Part shown: positions 18,062-30,372 of the stretch, piece by piece
How the letters are laid out: every line of letters starts with the position of its first letter
How positions within the stretch are numbered: the first letter of the stretch is position 1
Assembly: GCA_965217585.1 (NCBI GenBank)
Contig: OZ244561.1
Location: forward strand, 512,001 to 576,000
Length of the DNA stretch: 64,000 bases
Source of the DNA: Candidatus Latescibacterota bacterium
GTDB taxonomy: Bacteria > Latescibacterota > UBA2968 > UBA8231
Direction: 5' to 3'
The notes under the pieces: model-generated
Database searches by the model: none
Seen by the model: only the letters and a program-made list of their open reading frames with translations
Told to the model about the DNA's origin: nothing
Made by a program: the position numbers and the translations under genes

Positions 18062-19780
18062 ATGGCGAGAGGAGCCGACAAAGTCATCGAAGCACTCGAC
18101 CGCTTCGGCGTCGAGTACGTCTTCGGCCATCCGGGCGGCGCGGCCATGCCCATCTTCGACGCGCTGCTCAACTCCGAGCAGATCCGCTTCGTCCTCACCC
18201 GGCACGAGCAAGGCGCGACCCACATGGCCGACGGCTACGCCCGCGCCACCGGCAAGCCCGGCGTCGTCCTCGTAACCTCCGGCCCTGGGGCTACCAACAC
18301 CATCACCGGCCTGCTAACTGCGCTGATGGATTCCTCGCCCGTCATCGCCCTCACTGGCCAAACTGTCACCCCCATGCTCGGCAAAGACGCCTTTCAGGAG
18401 GCCGATGTCTTCGGCATCTCTATGCCGGTGGTCAAGCACTCCTATCTAGTGAGAGACCCCAACGACATCCCCCGCGTGATGACCGAGGCATTCCACATCG
18501 CCACCACTGGCCGCCAAGGGCCGGTGCTCGTCGATCTGCCCAAAGACGTCACCCAAGGCGACCCCTTCCCCGGATGCACCGCTGACTTTCCTGAGAAGGT
18601 GTACTTGCCTGGTTACACTTGGCAGGCCAAGCCCTCGCTCGAGCTACTCGAAGAAGCAGCCGCCCTTCTGCGCGAAAGCAAGCGTCCCCTGCTCTACTTG
18701 GGTGGCGGCTGCATTGCCTCGGGCGCTCACGAGGCGGCCAAGGCCTTTGCCGAAAAGACGCGAATGCCGGTGACCAACACCCTGCTCGGCAAGGGGGCGT
18801 TCCCCGAGCAGCACGCGCTCTCGGTGGGTATGCTCGGCATGCACGGCACGGCCTACGCCAACAAAGCCGTCGTCGGCTGCGACCTGATTATGTCGGTGGG
18901 TGGGCGCTGGGACGACCGAATTACTGGCAAGCTCGCGGAATTCTGCCCGGATGCCAAAAAGATTCACATCGACATCGATCCAGCCGAATACGGCAAAGTG
19001 GTCATGCCCGACGTTTTTATCGAGGGCGATGCGCGTCAAGTGCTCGAAGAGCTAGTCAACCATGTCGAGCCGATTGACACGGCAGCCTGGCTGGCCCAAA
19101 TCGACGAGTGGAAGACGAAATACCCGCTCAAATACGGCAAGCGCGGCGGCCTCAAGATGCAGGCTATCATCGACCGCCTGTACGAGCTGACCGCCGGCCG
19201 CGCCGTGGTGACCACCGATGTCGGCCAGCACCAGATGTGGGCAGCCCAGTTCTACAAGACGGCGCACCACCGCCAGTGGCTATCTTCCGGCGGCGCTGGC
19301 ACCATGGGCTTTGGCTTCCCCGCGGCCGTCGGGGCCCAATTCGGTCGCCCCGAAGAGACCGTGGTCGCCATCTGCGGCGACGGCGGCTTCCAGATGACCC
19401 TGTGCGAGTTGGCCACCGCCGTCATCCATCGGCTGCCGATTAAGATCCTAGTCCTCGACAACAAGTACCTGGGGATGGTCCGTCAGTGGCAGAATCTCTT
19501 TTTTGACAATCGGCTCTCCGGCGTCGATCTAGAGGGCAACCCCGACTTTTGCAAGCTCGCCGAAGCCTACGGGGCCAAGGGCTTTCGCATCAGGCGCACC
19601 GCTGATATCGACAAGATCCTCAAGCAGGCTCTTGACTACGACGAAGGCCCCTGCGTCATCCACGCCGAATGCGAGAAAGAAGACAACGTCTTCCCGATGA
19701 TCCCCGCCGGGGCCGCGCTTACCGACATGCTGGTCGAGGCCCCCAAGCAGCAATTGGCCCAACCCAAAGGGAGCACCTAA
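18062..19780 (+). CDS. ilvB: Acetolactate synthase large subunit
   Basis: RHEQGATHMADGYARATG, DVGQHQMWAAQ and GDGGFQM TPP motif. Confidence 0.95.
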   Translation: MARGADKVIEALDRFGVEYVFGHPGGAAMPIFDALLNSEQIRFVLTRHEQGATHMADGYARATGKPGVVLVTSGPGATNTITGLLTALMDSSPVIALTGQTVTPMLGKDAFQEADVFGISMPVVKHSYLVRDPNDIPRVMTEAFHIATTGRQGPVLVDLPKDVTQGDPFPGCTADFPEKVYLPGYTWQAKPSLELLEEAAALLRESKRPLLYLGGGCIASGAHEAAKAFAEKTRMPVTNTLLGKGAFPEQHALSVGMLGMHGTAYANKAVVGCDLIMSVGGRWDDRITGKLAEFCPDAKKIHIDIDPAEYGKVVMPDVFIEGDARQVLEELVNHVEPIDTAAWLAQIDEWKTKYPLKYGKRGGLKMQAIIDRLYELTAGRAVVTTDVGQHQMWAAQFYKTAHHRQWLSSGGAGTMGFGFPAAVGAQFGRPEETVVAICGDGGFQMTLCELATAVIHRLPIKILVLDNKYLGMVRQWQNLFFDNRLSGVDLEGNPDFCKLAEAYGAKGFRIRRTADIDKILKQALDYDEGPCVIHAECEKEDNVFPMIPAGAALTDMLVEAPKQQLAQPKGST

Positions 19781-20358
19781 TGTCCACCGCTGCCATTCAC
19801 TTTGCTGCCGCAGATCTCAACGCCCGCCAAGAGGCTGTGGACGCGCCACAACTCAAGCCGACCGAACCCCAGCAGAAGACCACCATCGGCCTGTTGGTCA
19901 ACGACCGCCCCGGCGTGCTGGTACGCATCGCCCAGTGTTTTGCTCGCCGCGCCTACAATATCGAGAACCTAGTCGTCTCGCCGGCCCATATCCCCCAATG
20001 CTCGCGCATGACCATCACCAGTATTGGGCCGGCTGCCGAGTTGAATCAGATCATCCTTCAGCTCAACAAGTTAGTCGACGTCATCCACGCCAAGGACCAC
20101 TCGACCGACGATGCCATCACCCGCGAATTGGCTCTCTTCAAGGTCGGCTGCTCGGTCGCCGAGCGCACCGAAGTCTTGCAGATTACCGAGGTTTTCCGCG
20201 GCAAGACGGTCGATATCTCGGAGTCCACCATCACCATCGAGGCCACTGGCACCACCGAGAAGATGGACGCGCTCGAATCGCTCTTGAGCAAATTCGACCT
20301 CAGGGAAATGGTTCGCACGGGCAAGGTAGTGATGGCCCGCGGCAACGAGCCGACATGA
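19780..20358 (+). CDS. ilvN: Acetolactate synthase small subunit
   Basis: VNDRPGVLVRI...RRAYNIENL, QLNKLVDV and EMVRTG motifs; TAATG coupling to ilvB. Confidence 0.92.
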   Translation: MSTAAIHFAAADLNARQEAVDAPQLKPTEPQQKTTIGLLVNDRPGVLVRIAQCFARRAYNIENLVVSPAHIPQCSRMTITSIGPAAELNQIILQLNKLVDVIHAKDHSTDDAITRELALFKVGCSVAERTEVLQITEVFRGKTVDISESTITIEATGTTEKMDALESLLSKFDLREMVRTGKVVMARGNEPT

Positions 20359-20392
20359 AAAAAGGGGGACAGGCATCGCCCGTCCCCCTTCT
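20358..20392. terminator. Intrinsic terminator between convergent ilvN and the TonB receptor gene
   Basis: AAGGGGGAC.GGC-atc-GCC.GTCCCCCTT stem; the A-run gives a U-tract on the minus strand. Confidence 0.7.
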
Positions 20393-20409
20393 GCCTGCTG
20401 TATCCTCCC

Positions 20410-23286
20410 TTAAAACGCCACGCCCAATTGCCCAAAGACCAAGCGGCCGATCTCCGGTGCCCCAATAAAGGTGCGGTGCTTGGTGTCGAGCGCGTTGGAA
20501 ACATCCACCCCGAGCCGCAGGTTGTTCCCGAACGGCAGCAGATAACTCGCGTTCAAATCGAGTAGTGAGTACGCGTCCACATCCCCGACGAACACGCCCG
20601 ACTCCTGGCGAAACGCTCCCACGTAGCGCCACTGCGCCCCTAGGGTTAGTTGCGGTTGGTCGAGGGTATAAGACGTGCCTAGCTTGTATTTGTTGCCCGG
20701 CGCGTTGAGCGCTATGTCGGCGATTCCATCGACTTTCTCAAATAAAGTATTATCGACATAAGAATAGCTGCCCGTTAGCGACCATTGGTCGCTGGGGAAA
20801 TAGGCTAGGTTCACATCCAGCCCATTAAGGGATATCTCGCCGAAGTTGCGATAGGTCAACATCACCGCCGTCGGGTCGTAGGCCTGCTCCGGTGTAACTG
20901 TGCCAAACGGTATGCTCGCGGCCCCACCGGCAAACAAAGTGACAATTTCATCCACCGGCGAGCCATTGCCGTTGCCAGATAAGGTGCCCGGGACCTGCAT
21001 CTTGTCGAGCGGGGCGACCGCCGCGGCCAACTCTGCATTCTCGGCCAGCGCCTCGCCAATGCTAGCACCTAGCGCCGCTCCGAGGCTAGCCGGATCTAGA
21101 AAGACATTGGGCGTCTGTACCTGAATCGGAGAGACGAAATCCTTTATCCGAGTGTGATACAGGTCGGCCGCCACCACCAGCTTCTCACCGATCACCCCCT
21201 TGTAGCCCAATTCAAAGGTCTCGGTAGTCGTCGAGCGGGTCAGCGGCACGTCGACAACATCGGCTACCGGATCAAAGGGGGCCGAATCGCCAGCAGCCAC
21301 CTTCTCGAGGTTGAGCTTGAGCAGGGCGTTGTCCAACCCCGTCAGTTGTTCGGGCACTAGCCCAGCTAAACCGCCCAATAGCTGCTGGGCGGCTTCCTCA
21401 GCCGCTGCTTGGTCCAGCCCCTCTTTCAGTACCCCTATCTGGGTCGCCGCTAGTCCCATAAAAAGCGGAGTATTGAGTCTGCTCAACACGCCGCTGCGCC
21501 CCAAACCCCACATCACATTGGTAAAAACCGGATCCCCCAAATCGATGAAGTCGGCCGGATCCATCCCCGCCACCGGCGCAAAGGGCGAGCGGAACTGCGG
21601 CCGGCCATTACCCGAGCGAGCAAAGGTCCAGCCGCCGGCAAAGCCCTCGCGATAGGTTCCCTGCGCCCGCACGTCAATAGCCGGCGCAAACCCCAGCGAC
21701 GGCGCAAAAGCCGCGCCAATGCCGAAGGCATCCTGGCTGGAGCGGATGTCCAAATAGAGGTTGTTGCTCGACGGAGTTGCAAAGGCGTGGTTGTACGTCA
21801 GCCGCAGGATCTGGGTCTCCTGCGGCTTGAAGACCAGCCCGACGCGCGGCGAGATTTCGCCTTCGGGAATGCGGTTGTGGTCGTCGTAGCGCAGGGCCAC
21901 CACCAAGTCGAGCATCTCGTTCAGGGCCGTCTCGCTCTGCACGTAAGCCCCGAATTCATTGGTCTGATCGTAGTCTTCGTTCCCGCCGGTGATGGTCCCC
22001 TCAGTATCGGGCCGCGTCAGCAGCACATCGGCCCCGTACGTAAAGCGCTGCCGAACCCCCAACACCGCGGAGTGCTGGACCTGGAACGCGGTCAGCTTAG
22101 ATTTATCGACGACCGACTGGCCATCGCGCAGGGTAAAGGTTTCGCCGGCGTCGCTCCCGTTCTGGAAGACCTGGGCGAACCAATTCTTGTACAGCAGGCG
22201 CAGCTGGACGTAGTTGTACTCCCAGTCTTGGGCTTGGCCAGCCCCTAGGCCGGTCAATTCGATCTGGTTACCCTTATTGTAGCCAGCCGCCAAAATGGCC
22301 GTCAACTCGTCCGTGGCCCGGTAATCCAAGCGCGCTTCGGTGCTCTGACGCTCAATGTCAAAACTGCGCGGTTTGATGGCTGGATTGGCGGCCCTAGCCC
22401 GCACCTCTTCCGGGTCTTCGTATTCCCAGTCCATCCCCGTATAGTGCTGGGCCGAAACCTTGTAGCCGAGGCGGTCGCCAGCAGCCCCGGCGTGGCGCAC
22501 GGACACTTGGCGCACGCTGCGCTCGCCCAACCCCACTTGCGCACTGGTCCCCGCCGAACTAAACGGAGAACGGGTGATGATATGCATCACGCCGTTGGCG
22601 CTATTGGGTCCGTAGAGCGCCGACCCCGGCCCCAACACCACCTCGATGCGCTCGATATCGTCGTTGGTCACCGGAATGAAGTTGTAGGCATTCAAGCGCA
22701 GCGAAGGGACGCGGGCGATGCGATTATCGGTCAGCGTCAGCAGTGCGCCCGAAAAAACATTGTTGAAGCCCCGCACAACCACATTGCTCTGCGCCAAGCC
22801 GGTCTGGGAAAAGTCCACCCCCGGCAGGTCGCGGACGTGCTCGACGACGCTGAGTGCCGGCCGATTGCGAATCTCATGGGCCTCGACCACCGCCACCGAG
22901 GCCGGAGCTTCGAGGACTTTTTCCTGCCGCCGCGAGGCCGAGACTACGTTCTGGTCGAGGAAGATGATCCCCGTCTCCAACGTCAGCATTAGCTCCTGCT
23001 CACCACCGACGATGCCAACGCCTTCTCGCATCAGGGACCGATAGCCAATATGCGTGACGTCGAGCTGATACTCGCCGATCGGCAGCCCCTCTAAGCGGAA
23101 GCGACCGTCTTCGTCGGTGGCCGTGCCTATCTTGCCGCCCGGCAGCAGGTCGCCGATGAGAACGATGTTGGCACCGGGGATGGCGTCGCCTTCCGGCCCC
23201 TTCACGACACCGGAAAGCGTCCCCTCTGCGCCGAAGGCGACGCCCGCCCACAGCACGAAGGCATATACTAGCAGCTTGTATCTCAT
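20410..23286 (-). CDS. TonB-dependent receptor with N-terminal carboxypeptidase-regulatory-like domain
   Basis: Signal peptide; VVSASRR; IERIEVVLGPGSALYG plug motif; C-terminal NALD...GVAF. Confidence 0.93.
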   Translation of the reverse strand: MRYKLLVYAFVLWAGVAFGAEGTLSGVVKGPEGDAIPGANIVLIGDLLPGGKIGTATDEDGRFRLEGLPIGEYQLDVTHIGYRSLMREGVGIVGGEQELMLTLETGIIFLDQNVVSASRRQEKVLEAPASVAVVEAHEIRNRPALSVVEHVRDLPGVDFSQTGLAQSNVVVRGFNNVFSGALLTLTDNRIARVPSLRLNAYNFIPVTNDDIERIEVVLGPGSALYGPNSANGVMHIITRSPFSSAGTSAQVGLGERSVRQVSVRHAGAAGDRLGYKVSAQHYTGMDWEYEDPEEVRARAANPAIKPRSFDIERQSTEARLDYRATDELTAILAAGYNKGNQIELTGLGAGQAQDWEYNYVQLRLLYKNWFAQVFQNGSDAGETFTLRDGQSVVDKSKLTAFQVQHSAVLGVRQRFTYGADVLLTRPDTEGTITGGNEDYDQTNEFGAYVQSETALNEMLDLVVALRYDDHNRIPEGEISPRVGLVFKPQETQILRLTYNHAFATPSSNNLYLDIRSSQDAFGIGAAFAPSLGFAPAIDVRAQGTYREGFAGGWTFARSGNGRPQFRSPFAPVAGMDPADFIDLGDPVFTNVMWGLGRSGVLSRLNTPLFMGLAATQIGVLKEGLDQAAAEEAAQQLLGGLAGLVPEQLTGLDNALLKLNLEKVAAGDSAPFDPVADVVDVPLTRSTTTETFELGYKGVIGEKLVVAADLYHTRIKDFVSPIQVQTPNVFLDPASLGAALGASIGEALAENAELAAAVAPLDKMQVPGTLSGNGNGSPVDEIVTLFAGGAASIPFGTVTPEQAYDPTAVMLTYRNFGEISLNGLDVNLAYFPSDQWSLTGSYSYVDNTLFEKVDGIADIALNAPGNKYKLGTSYTLDQPQLTLGAQWRYVGAFRQESGVFVGDVDAYSLLDLNASYLLPFGNNLRLGVDVSNALDTKHRTFIGAPEIGRLVFGQLGVAF

Positions 23287-23484
23287 AGTTACATCCTCCG
23301 GTATTATATCCTCGATTTTGCCCCATAATGTATCCCCAAGTACCCGATCTCGCTACCCTAATGAGCAAACGGGCTTTGCGTTAACGCTAACTCGGATGCA
23401 AACCCCTTCTTCTATTGATTCCCCACGTCTCCATTGCGTATTTTCCCAGCCTAAATTCACCTATGCCATCGGAGACTCAATTTC

Positions 23485-24504
23485 ATGTCGGACAAACTCA
23501 AGCTCGCCTTTATTGGCTGCGGTGCCATCGCTCGCTTTCACCTCGATGGCATCAAGGGCCACGCTCCCCGCATCGATGTCACCGCGTTAGTCGATCTCGA
23601 CGAATCCAAAGCCCAAACCTACGCCGCTGAAACCGGCGGGCAGGCCTTCACTTCGCTCGACGAAGCGCTCAAAACGGGCGACTTCGACGCCGTCGATATC
23701 ATGTTGCCCCACGACCTGCACGAACCCATCGCCCTCCAGTGCTTCGCCGCCGGCAAGCACGTACTCTTAGAAAAACCCATGGCCCCCACCCTCGACGCCT
23801 GCGACCGCATTCTCGCCGCCGCCCGCGAGGCCCCGGGCGTCTTCATGGTTGCCGAAAACAGCCAGTACTGGCCCGAAATTGTCGAGGCCCAAAAGCACCT
23901 TACCGCCGGAGCCATCGGCGAGATCATCACCGCTCGCGCGGCCTTTGTCTATCCTTTTGATGACTACTGGTTCAAAGAAGAGCGGCCCTGGCGCTACGAA
24001 AAGGGACGCACCGGCGGCGGCATCGCCATCGACGGCGGCTCGCACTGGATCCGGCCCTTGCGCATGTGGATGGGCGAAATCAAAGAGGTGGTCGGCGTGC
24101 TGGGGCACCCGCTGGCGCAAATGGAGGGCGAGTCCCTCGCCCGCGCACTCTTCCGCTTTGACTCGGGCAAGACCGCCATCTTCGACGCCATGATGATCGA
24201 CACGGTCTTTGCCCCCGATCCTTGGTGGCGAATCACCGGTACCAAGGGCGAACTGACCATCAACGCCGGACTCGACGGTGCCGAACTGTGGCTGTGGGAC
24301 GCAGACCATCCCGAGGGCAAGCGGCTCTTTGCGAGCCCAGGCTACACCGAGTCCTTTGGGCCGGAGCTAGCCGATTTTGCCGCCGCCGTCCTCGACGGCA
24401 AGGCCCCGGACGCGCCGCCGGAACACGCTCTCGGCGAGCTGCGCACGGCCTTGGCTATCTATCGCTCGGCCGCCAGCCAGCGGTGGGAGAAGGTGTGGGC
24501 GTAA
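23485..24504 (+). CDS. Gfo/Idh/MocA family oxidoreductase
   Basis: IGCGAIA, AGKHVLLEKPMA and GGGIAIDGGSH motifs. Confidence 0.9.
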   Translation: MSDKLKLAFIGCGAIARFHLDGIKGHAPRIDVTALVDLDESKAQTYAAETGGQAFTSLDEALKTGDFDAVDIMLPHDLHEPIALQCFAAGKHVLLEKPMAPTLDACDRILAAAREAPGVFMVAENSQYWPEIVEAQKHLTAGAIGEIITARAAFVYPFDDYWFKEERPWRYEKGRTGGGIAIDGGSHWIRPLRMWMGEIKEVVGVLGHPLAQMEGESLARALFRFDSGKTAIFDAMMIDTVFAPDPWWRITGTKGELTINAGLDGAELWLWDADHPEGKRLFASPGYTESFGPELADFAAAVLDGKAPDAPPEHALGELRTALAIYRSAASQRWEKVWA

Positions 24505-24507
24505 TGC

Positions 24508-24536
24508 TTGCACGAACCTCTCCTTTGGGATATATT
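24508..24536 (+). promoter_or_regulatory. Sigma70-type promoter for the ppdK-parAB operon
   Basis: TTGCAC-N17-TATATT. Confidence 0.55.
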
Positions 24537-24692
24537 CAGCCCTGCGAGGTAGTCCCTCGAAGCACCGAGCATGTTCGACCCTTGGATTCTTCCCAACACC
24601 CAATCGCCCCCCTTTTCAATCTCAGCGGCAAAGGCTGTCAAGGCCGAGATGCCCTCTCGATTCAAAACGCATTTATATAGAATAGGAAAGAA

Positions 24693-27329
<2,637 letters not shown>

Positions 27330-27338
27330 GCTTCTGCC

Positions 27339-28106
27339 ATGAGTCGGGTCATCGCCATATCCAATCAAAAAGGAGGGGTCGGCAAGACTACCACAGCCGT
27401 CAACTTGGCGGCCAGCCTCGCCGTGGCCGAGCAAAAGACCCTGCTCATCGACATGGATCCGCAAGCCAACGCCACCTCTGGCTGCGGTTTTCAGAACAGC
27501 AAGGAAGTCGAAGCGGCCAATATCTACCACGCGCTGATCGGGCAACAGGAGACCGCCGAGGTCACCTACGAGACCAAGATATCCTTCCTGTCCTTGATTC
27601 CCTCGCACATCAACCTGACGGGTGCCGAGGTCGAGATGGTCAACATGATCGCCCGCGAGCAGAAGTTAGACGGGCTGCTCGACCAAGTCCGCGACCAGTA
27701 CGCCTATATCATTCTCGACTGTCCGCCCTCTTTGGGGCTGCTGACCCTCAACGCCCTGACCGCGGCCGACTCGGTGATGATACCTATTCAGTGCGAGTAT
27801 TACGCGCTAGAGGGCCTCGGCCGACTGCTCAATAGCGTGCGCCAGATCCAACGCCACCTCAACCCCAAGCTCCAAATCGCCGGCGTCCTACTCACCATGT
27901 TCGACGGGCGCTTGAACCTATCGCGCCAAGTGTCTTCAGAGGTCAAGTCCTACTTCGGCAACAAGGTTTACAAGACCTCCATCAGCCGCAACGTGCGCCT
28001 AGCCGAGGCCCCTAGCCACGGCCAACCCATCGTGCTCTACGACATCTTGTCGCAGGGATCTCAGGATTACATGAGCCTTGCAGGAGAAGTAATCGACCAT
28101 GGGTAA
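27339..28106 (+). CDS. parA: Chromosome partitioning ATPase ParA/Soj
   Basis: NQKGGVGKTT, DCPPSLG and QCEYYALEG motifs. Confidence 0.95.
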   Translation: MSRVIAISNQKGGVGKTTTAVNLAASLAVAEQKTLLIDMDPQANATSGCGFQNSKEVEAANIYHALIGQQETAEVTYETKISFLSLIPSHINLTGAEVEMVNMIAREQKLDGLLDQVRDQYAYIILDCPPSLGLLTLNALTAADSVMIPIQCEYYALEGLGRLLNSVRQIQRHLNPKLQIAGVLLTMFDGRLNLSRQVSSEVKSYFGNKVYKTSISRNVRLAEAPSHGQPIVLYDILSQGSQDYMSLAGEVIDHG

Positions 28107-28971
28107 GAAGCCGGTCCTCGGCAAGGGCATCAGCGCCCTTATCCCGGAATATGCCGAACCCAGCGGCCAAGGCGACGCCACGCGCCAGGTCGTCAATCTC
28201 AACGTCGACGAGATTGAACCCAACCCCTATCAAGCCCGCACCGAGTTCGACGAGGAGAGCATCGACGAGTTGATGCACTCGATCCAAGAGAAAGGCGTCA
28301 TCCAGCCCATCGCCGTCAACCGCATTGGCCAGAGCTACCAGATCATCGCCGGCGAGCGCCGCTGGCGGGCCACCAAAAAGGCGGGGATCCAAGAAATACC
28401 TGCGATCGTCCACGAAATCGAGTCTCAGCAAGACTTGATGGAGCTGTCGCTGATCGAGAACATCCAGCGCGAAAACCTGACCCCAATCGAAGAGGCCGAA
28501 GGCTACCGCTCGCTGACCGACAAGTGCTTTCTCACGCAAGAGGAAGTCGCCCGCAAGGTGGGGAAAAATCGCTCGACCGTGACCAATCTCCTCAGGCTGT
28601 TGCAATTGCCGCACGAAGTCCAAGAATTCTTGCGCCGCGGCCAATTGCAGATGGGGCACGCCCGCGCCCTGCTCGGCCTCGAAGAAGACGAAGACCGGCT
28701 CGCGCTGGCCCGCCAAGCGGTCGAAGAAAAAATGGCCGTCCGCGAAGTCGAAAAGGCGGTCGCCAATCAGCGCGCGGGCCGCAGCAAAAAGAAGGCTCCC
28801 AAAGAAGTCCCCAGCGACCCCCACATACGCGACTATGAGGAGCGATTGCAGCACCGCTTCGGCACGGCGGTCAACATCCGCCGCACAGCGAACAAGGGGT
28901 GGATCCAGGTCGAATTCTACAACGATGGCGATCTAGAGCGGCTACTCGACCTGATGATCGACGGCGAATGA
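28099..28971 (+). CDS. parB: Chromosome partitioning protein ParB/Spo0J
   Basis: LGKGISALI, IIAGERRWRA, ENIQRENL and HTH region. Confidence 0.95.
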   Translation: MGKKPVLGKGISALIPEYAEPSGQGDATRQVVNLNVDEIEPNPYQARTEFDEESIDELMHSIQEKGVIQPIAVNRIGQSYQIIAGERRWRATKKAGIQEIPAIVHEIESQQDLMELSLIENIQRENLTPIEEAEGYRSLTDKCFLTQEEVARKVGKNRSTVTNLLRLLQLPHEVQEFLRRGQLQMGHARALLGLEEDEDRLALARQAVEEKMAVREVEKAVANQRAGRSKKKAPKEVPSDPHIRDYEERLQHRFGTAVNIRRTANKGWIQVEFYNDGDLERLLDLMIDGE

Positions 28972-30356
28972 ACCGTGGTTGGCGCCTCTTAGCCCCGCTC
29001 CTCGCCCTTGGCGCCTGCAGCTTGCTCCACGACGAGCTACCCAACGATCCCCCGACCGTGCATTTGGCGCGGATGACCTGCCAGTCGCCGGACACAGCTT
29101 CCCCAGACACCCTGATCAATAGCGCGGCTGCGGTCTGCCGGGTCCAGCGCGGTGGCGAGATTCGCTTTGAAATCCGCGCGGCCGACGAGGACGACGATCC
29201 TGTGTTCTACGAGTGGAGAGCCCCAGCCGGAGGCAGCTTCCGCGACTCGCAGGCCCAAGAGACCAACTCTTGGTTCGCTCCCCAAACCATCGCCGGATCC
29301 AGCGAGCAATTTGTCGTGCAGGTTCTCATAACCGACCGCAACTGCAATGCCAATGCCGTACCCGATCTAGCCGACCGCCAGCGCTGCGCCGAAGACGCGC
29401 GGGTGCTGGTCGAAAACTTCCTCGTGGAGGTTGTGCAACGTGAACCCGCGTTGGAAGTAACGGCCGACGCGACCAGCGCGTTTAGCGCGCCGCAGATATT
29501 TATCGACGCGTTTGGCACCGATCTAGACGGTGACCGGCTCGAATACCACTGGGAGCAGGTGGCCGGGGACAGCCTCGGCATTTGGCCAGAGGCCATCCAC
29601 GACGAGGAAACCGGTCGACAAATCGGTTCGCGTGCCGTCGTCGTCGCCTTTTTTCCCGGCAGCTACGAACTGCGCGTTGCCGCGAGTGACGGCGCAGCGA
29701 GCACGGAGCGCGAAATCGTCCTCCACTTTCCAATCGAGCCGCCATTGCCAGCTAGCGGCATGGTGCGCCTAACCCAGCCAACGAACAACCAAGCATACGA
29801 GATCGACGCGTACGAGTACCCCAACACCCAGGGCGAACGACCGCAGTCCGCCAAGTTTTTCCAAGCGGCGCGCCTGTGCGCGGCCGAAGGCAAGCGCCTG
29901 TGCAACCCGAGCGAGTGGCGCACCGCCTGTCAAGCTGGCCAAATGCGGCGCTTTTCTTCGACCGACAATTTGGATGACTACAGCAGCCACGACCACTTTG
30001 GCGTGCGCTTCTGCAACGTGCCGGGTTCGGTCTTTTCCCAATTCAGCACCAATCCAGCCGCACAGCTCGCGCCCTCCGGCTCGTTTCCCAACTGCGGCGG
30101 CGAGACCGGTGTCTTTGACTTGACGGGCAACATAGACGAGTGGATCGCCGCTGTTGACGACGCCGGCGACCTAGCGGTGTACATCGCAGCAAGCAGCGCA
30201 TCTGAGAGCGGTGCCTGCGACGGCGCGACCCGTCTGGGCATCCTGTCCATCGGGGGCCAAGACCCGTATGATCTAGAGGTCTTAGCGGAAATCGTCGCCG
30301 ACTGGCCCTTGCAAGACTACGAGCAGCCCCTCCTTGGCTTCCGCTGCTGCCGTTGA
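28968..30356 (+). CDS. Lipoprotein with Ig/PKD-like domains and a C-terminal FGE-sulfatase (CLec-fold) domain
   Basis: Start re-called at ATG 28968 (ATGA overlap with parB); lipobox LGAC; IDAYEYPN, GKRLC...EW, FDLTGNIDEW and GFRCC motifs. Confidence 0.75.
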   Translation: MNRGWRLLAPLLALGACSLLHDELPNDPPTVHLARMTCQSPDTASPDTLINSAAAVCRVQRGGEIRFEIRAADEDDDPVFYEWRAPAGGSFRDSQAQETNSWFAPQTIAGSSEQFVVQVLITDRNCNANAVPDLADRQRCAEDARVLVENFLVEVVQREPALEVTADATSAFSAPQIFIDAFGTDLDGDRLEYHWEQVAGDSLGIWPEAIHDEETGRQIGSRAVVVAFFPGSYELRVAASDGAASTEREIVLHFPIEPPLPASGMVRLTQPTNNQAYEIDAYEYPNTQGERPQSAKFFQAARLCAAEGKRLCNPSEWRTACQAGQMRRFSSTDNLDDYSSHDHFGVRFCNVPGSVFSQFSTNPAAQLAPSGSFPNCGGETGVFDLTGNIDEWIAAVDDAGDLAVYIAASSASESGACDGATRLGILSIGGQDPYDLEVLAEIVADWPLQDYEQPLLGFRCCR

Positions 30357-30372
30357 TCCCAGGTTCCCAACT

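Noticed and set aside
23287-23484. Cobalamin or TPP riboswitch upstream of the TonB receptor
   Set aside because: No B12-box or TPP consensus recognised
24537-24692. c-di-GMP-like riboswitch in the ppdK leader (GGCAAA)
   Set aside because: The remaining consensus elements are absent
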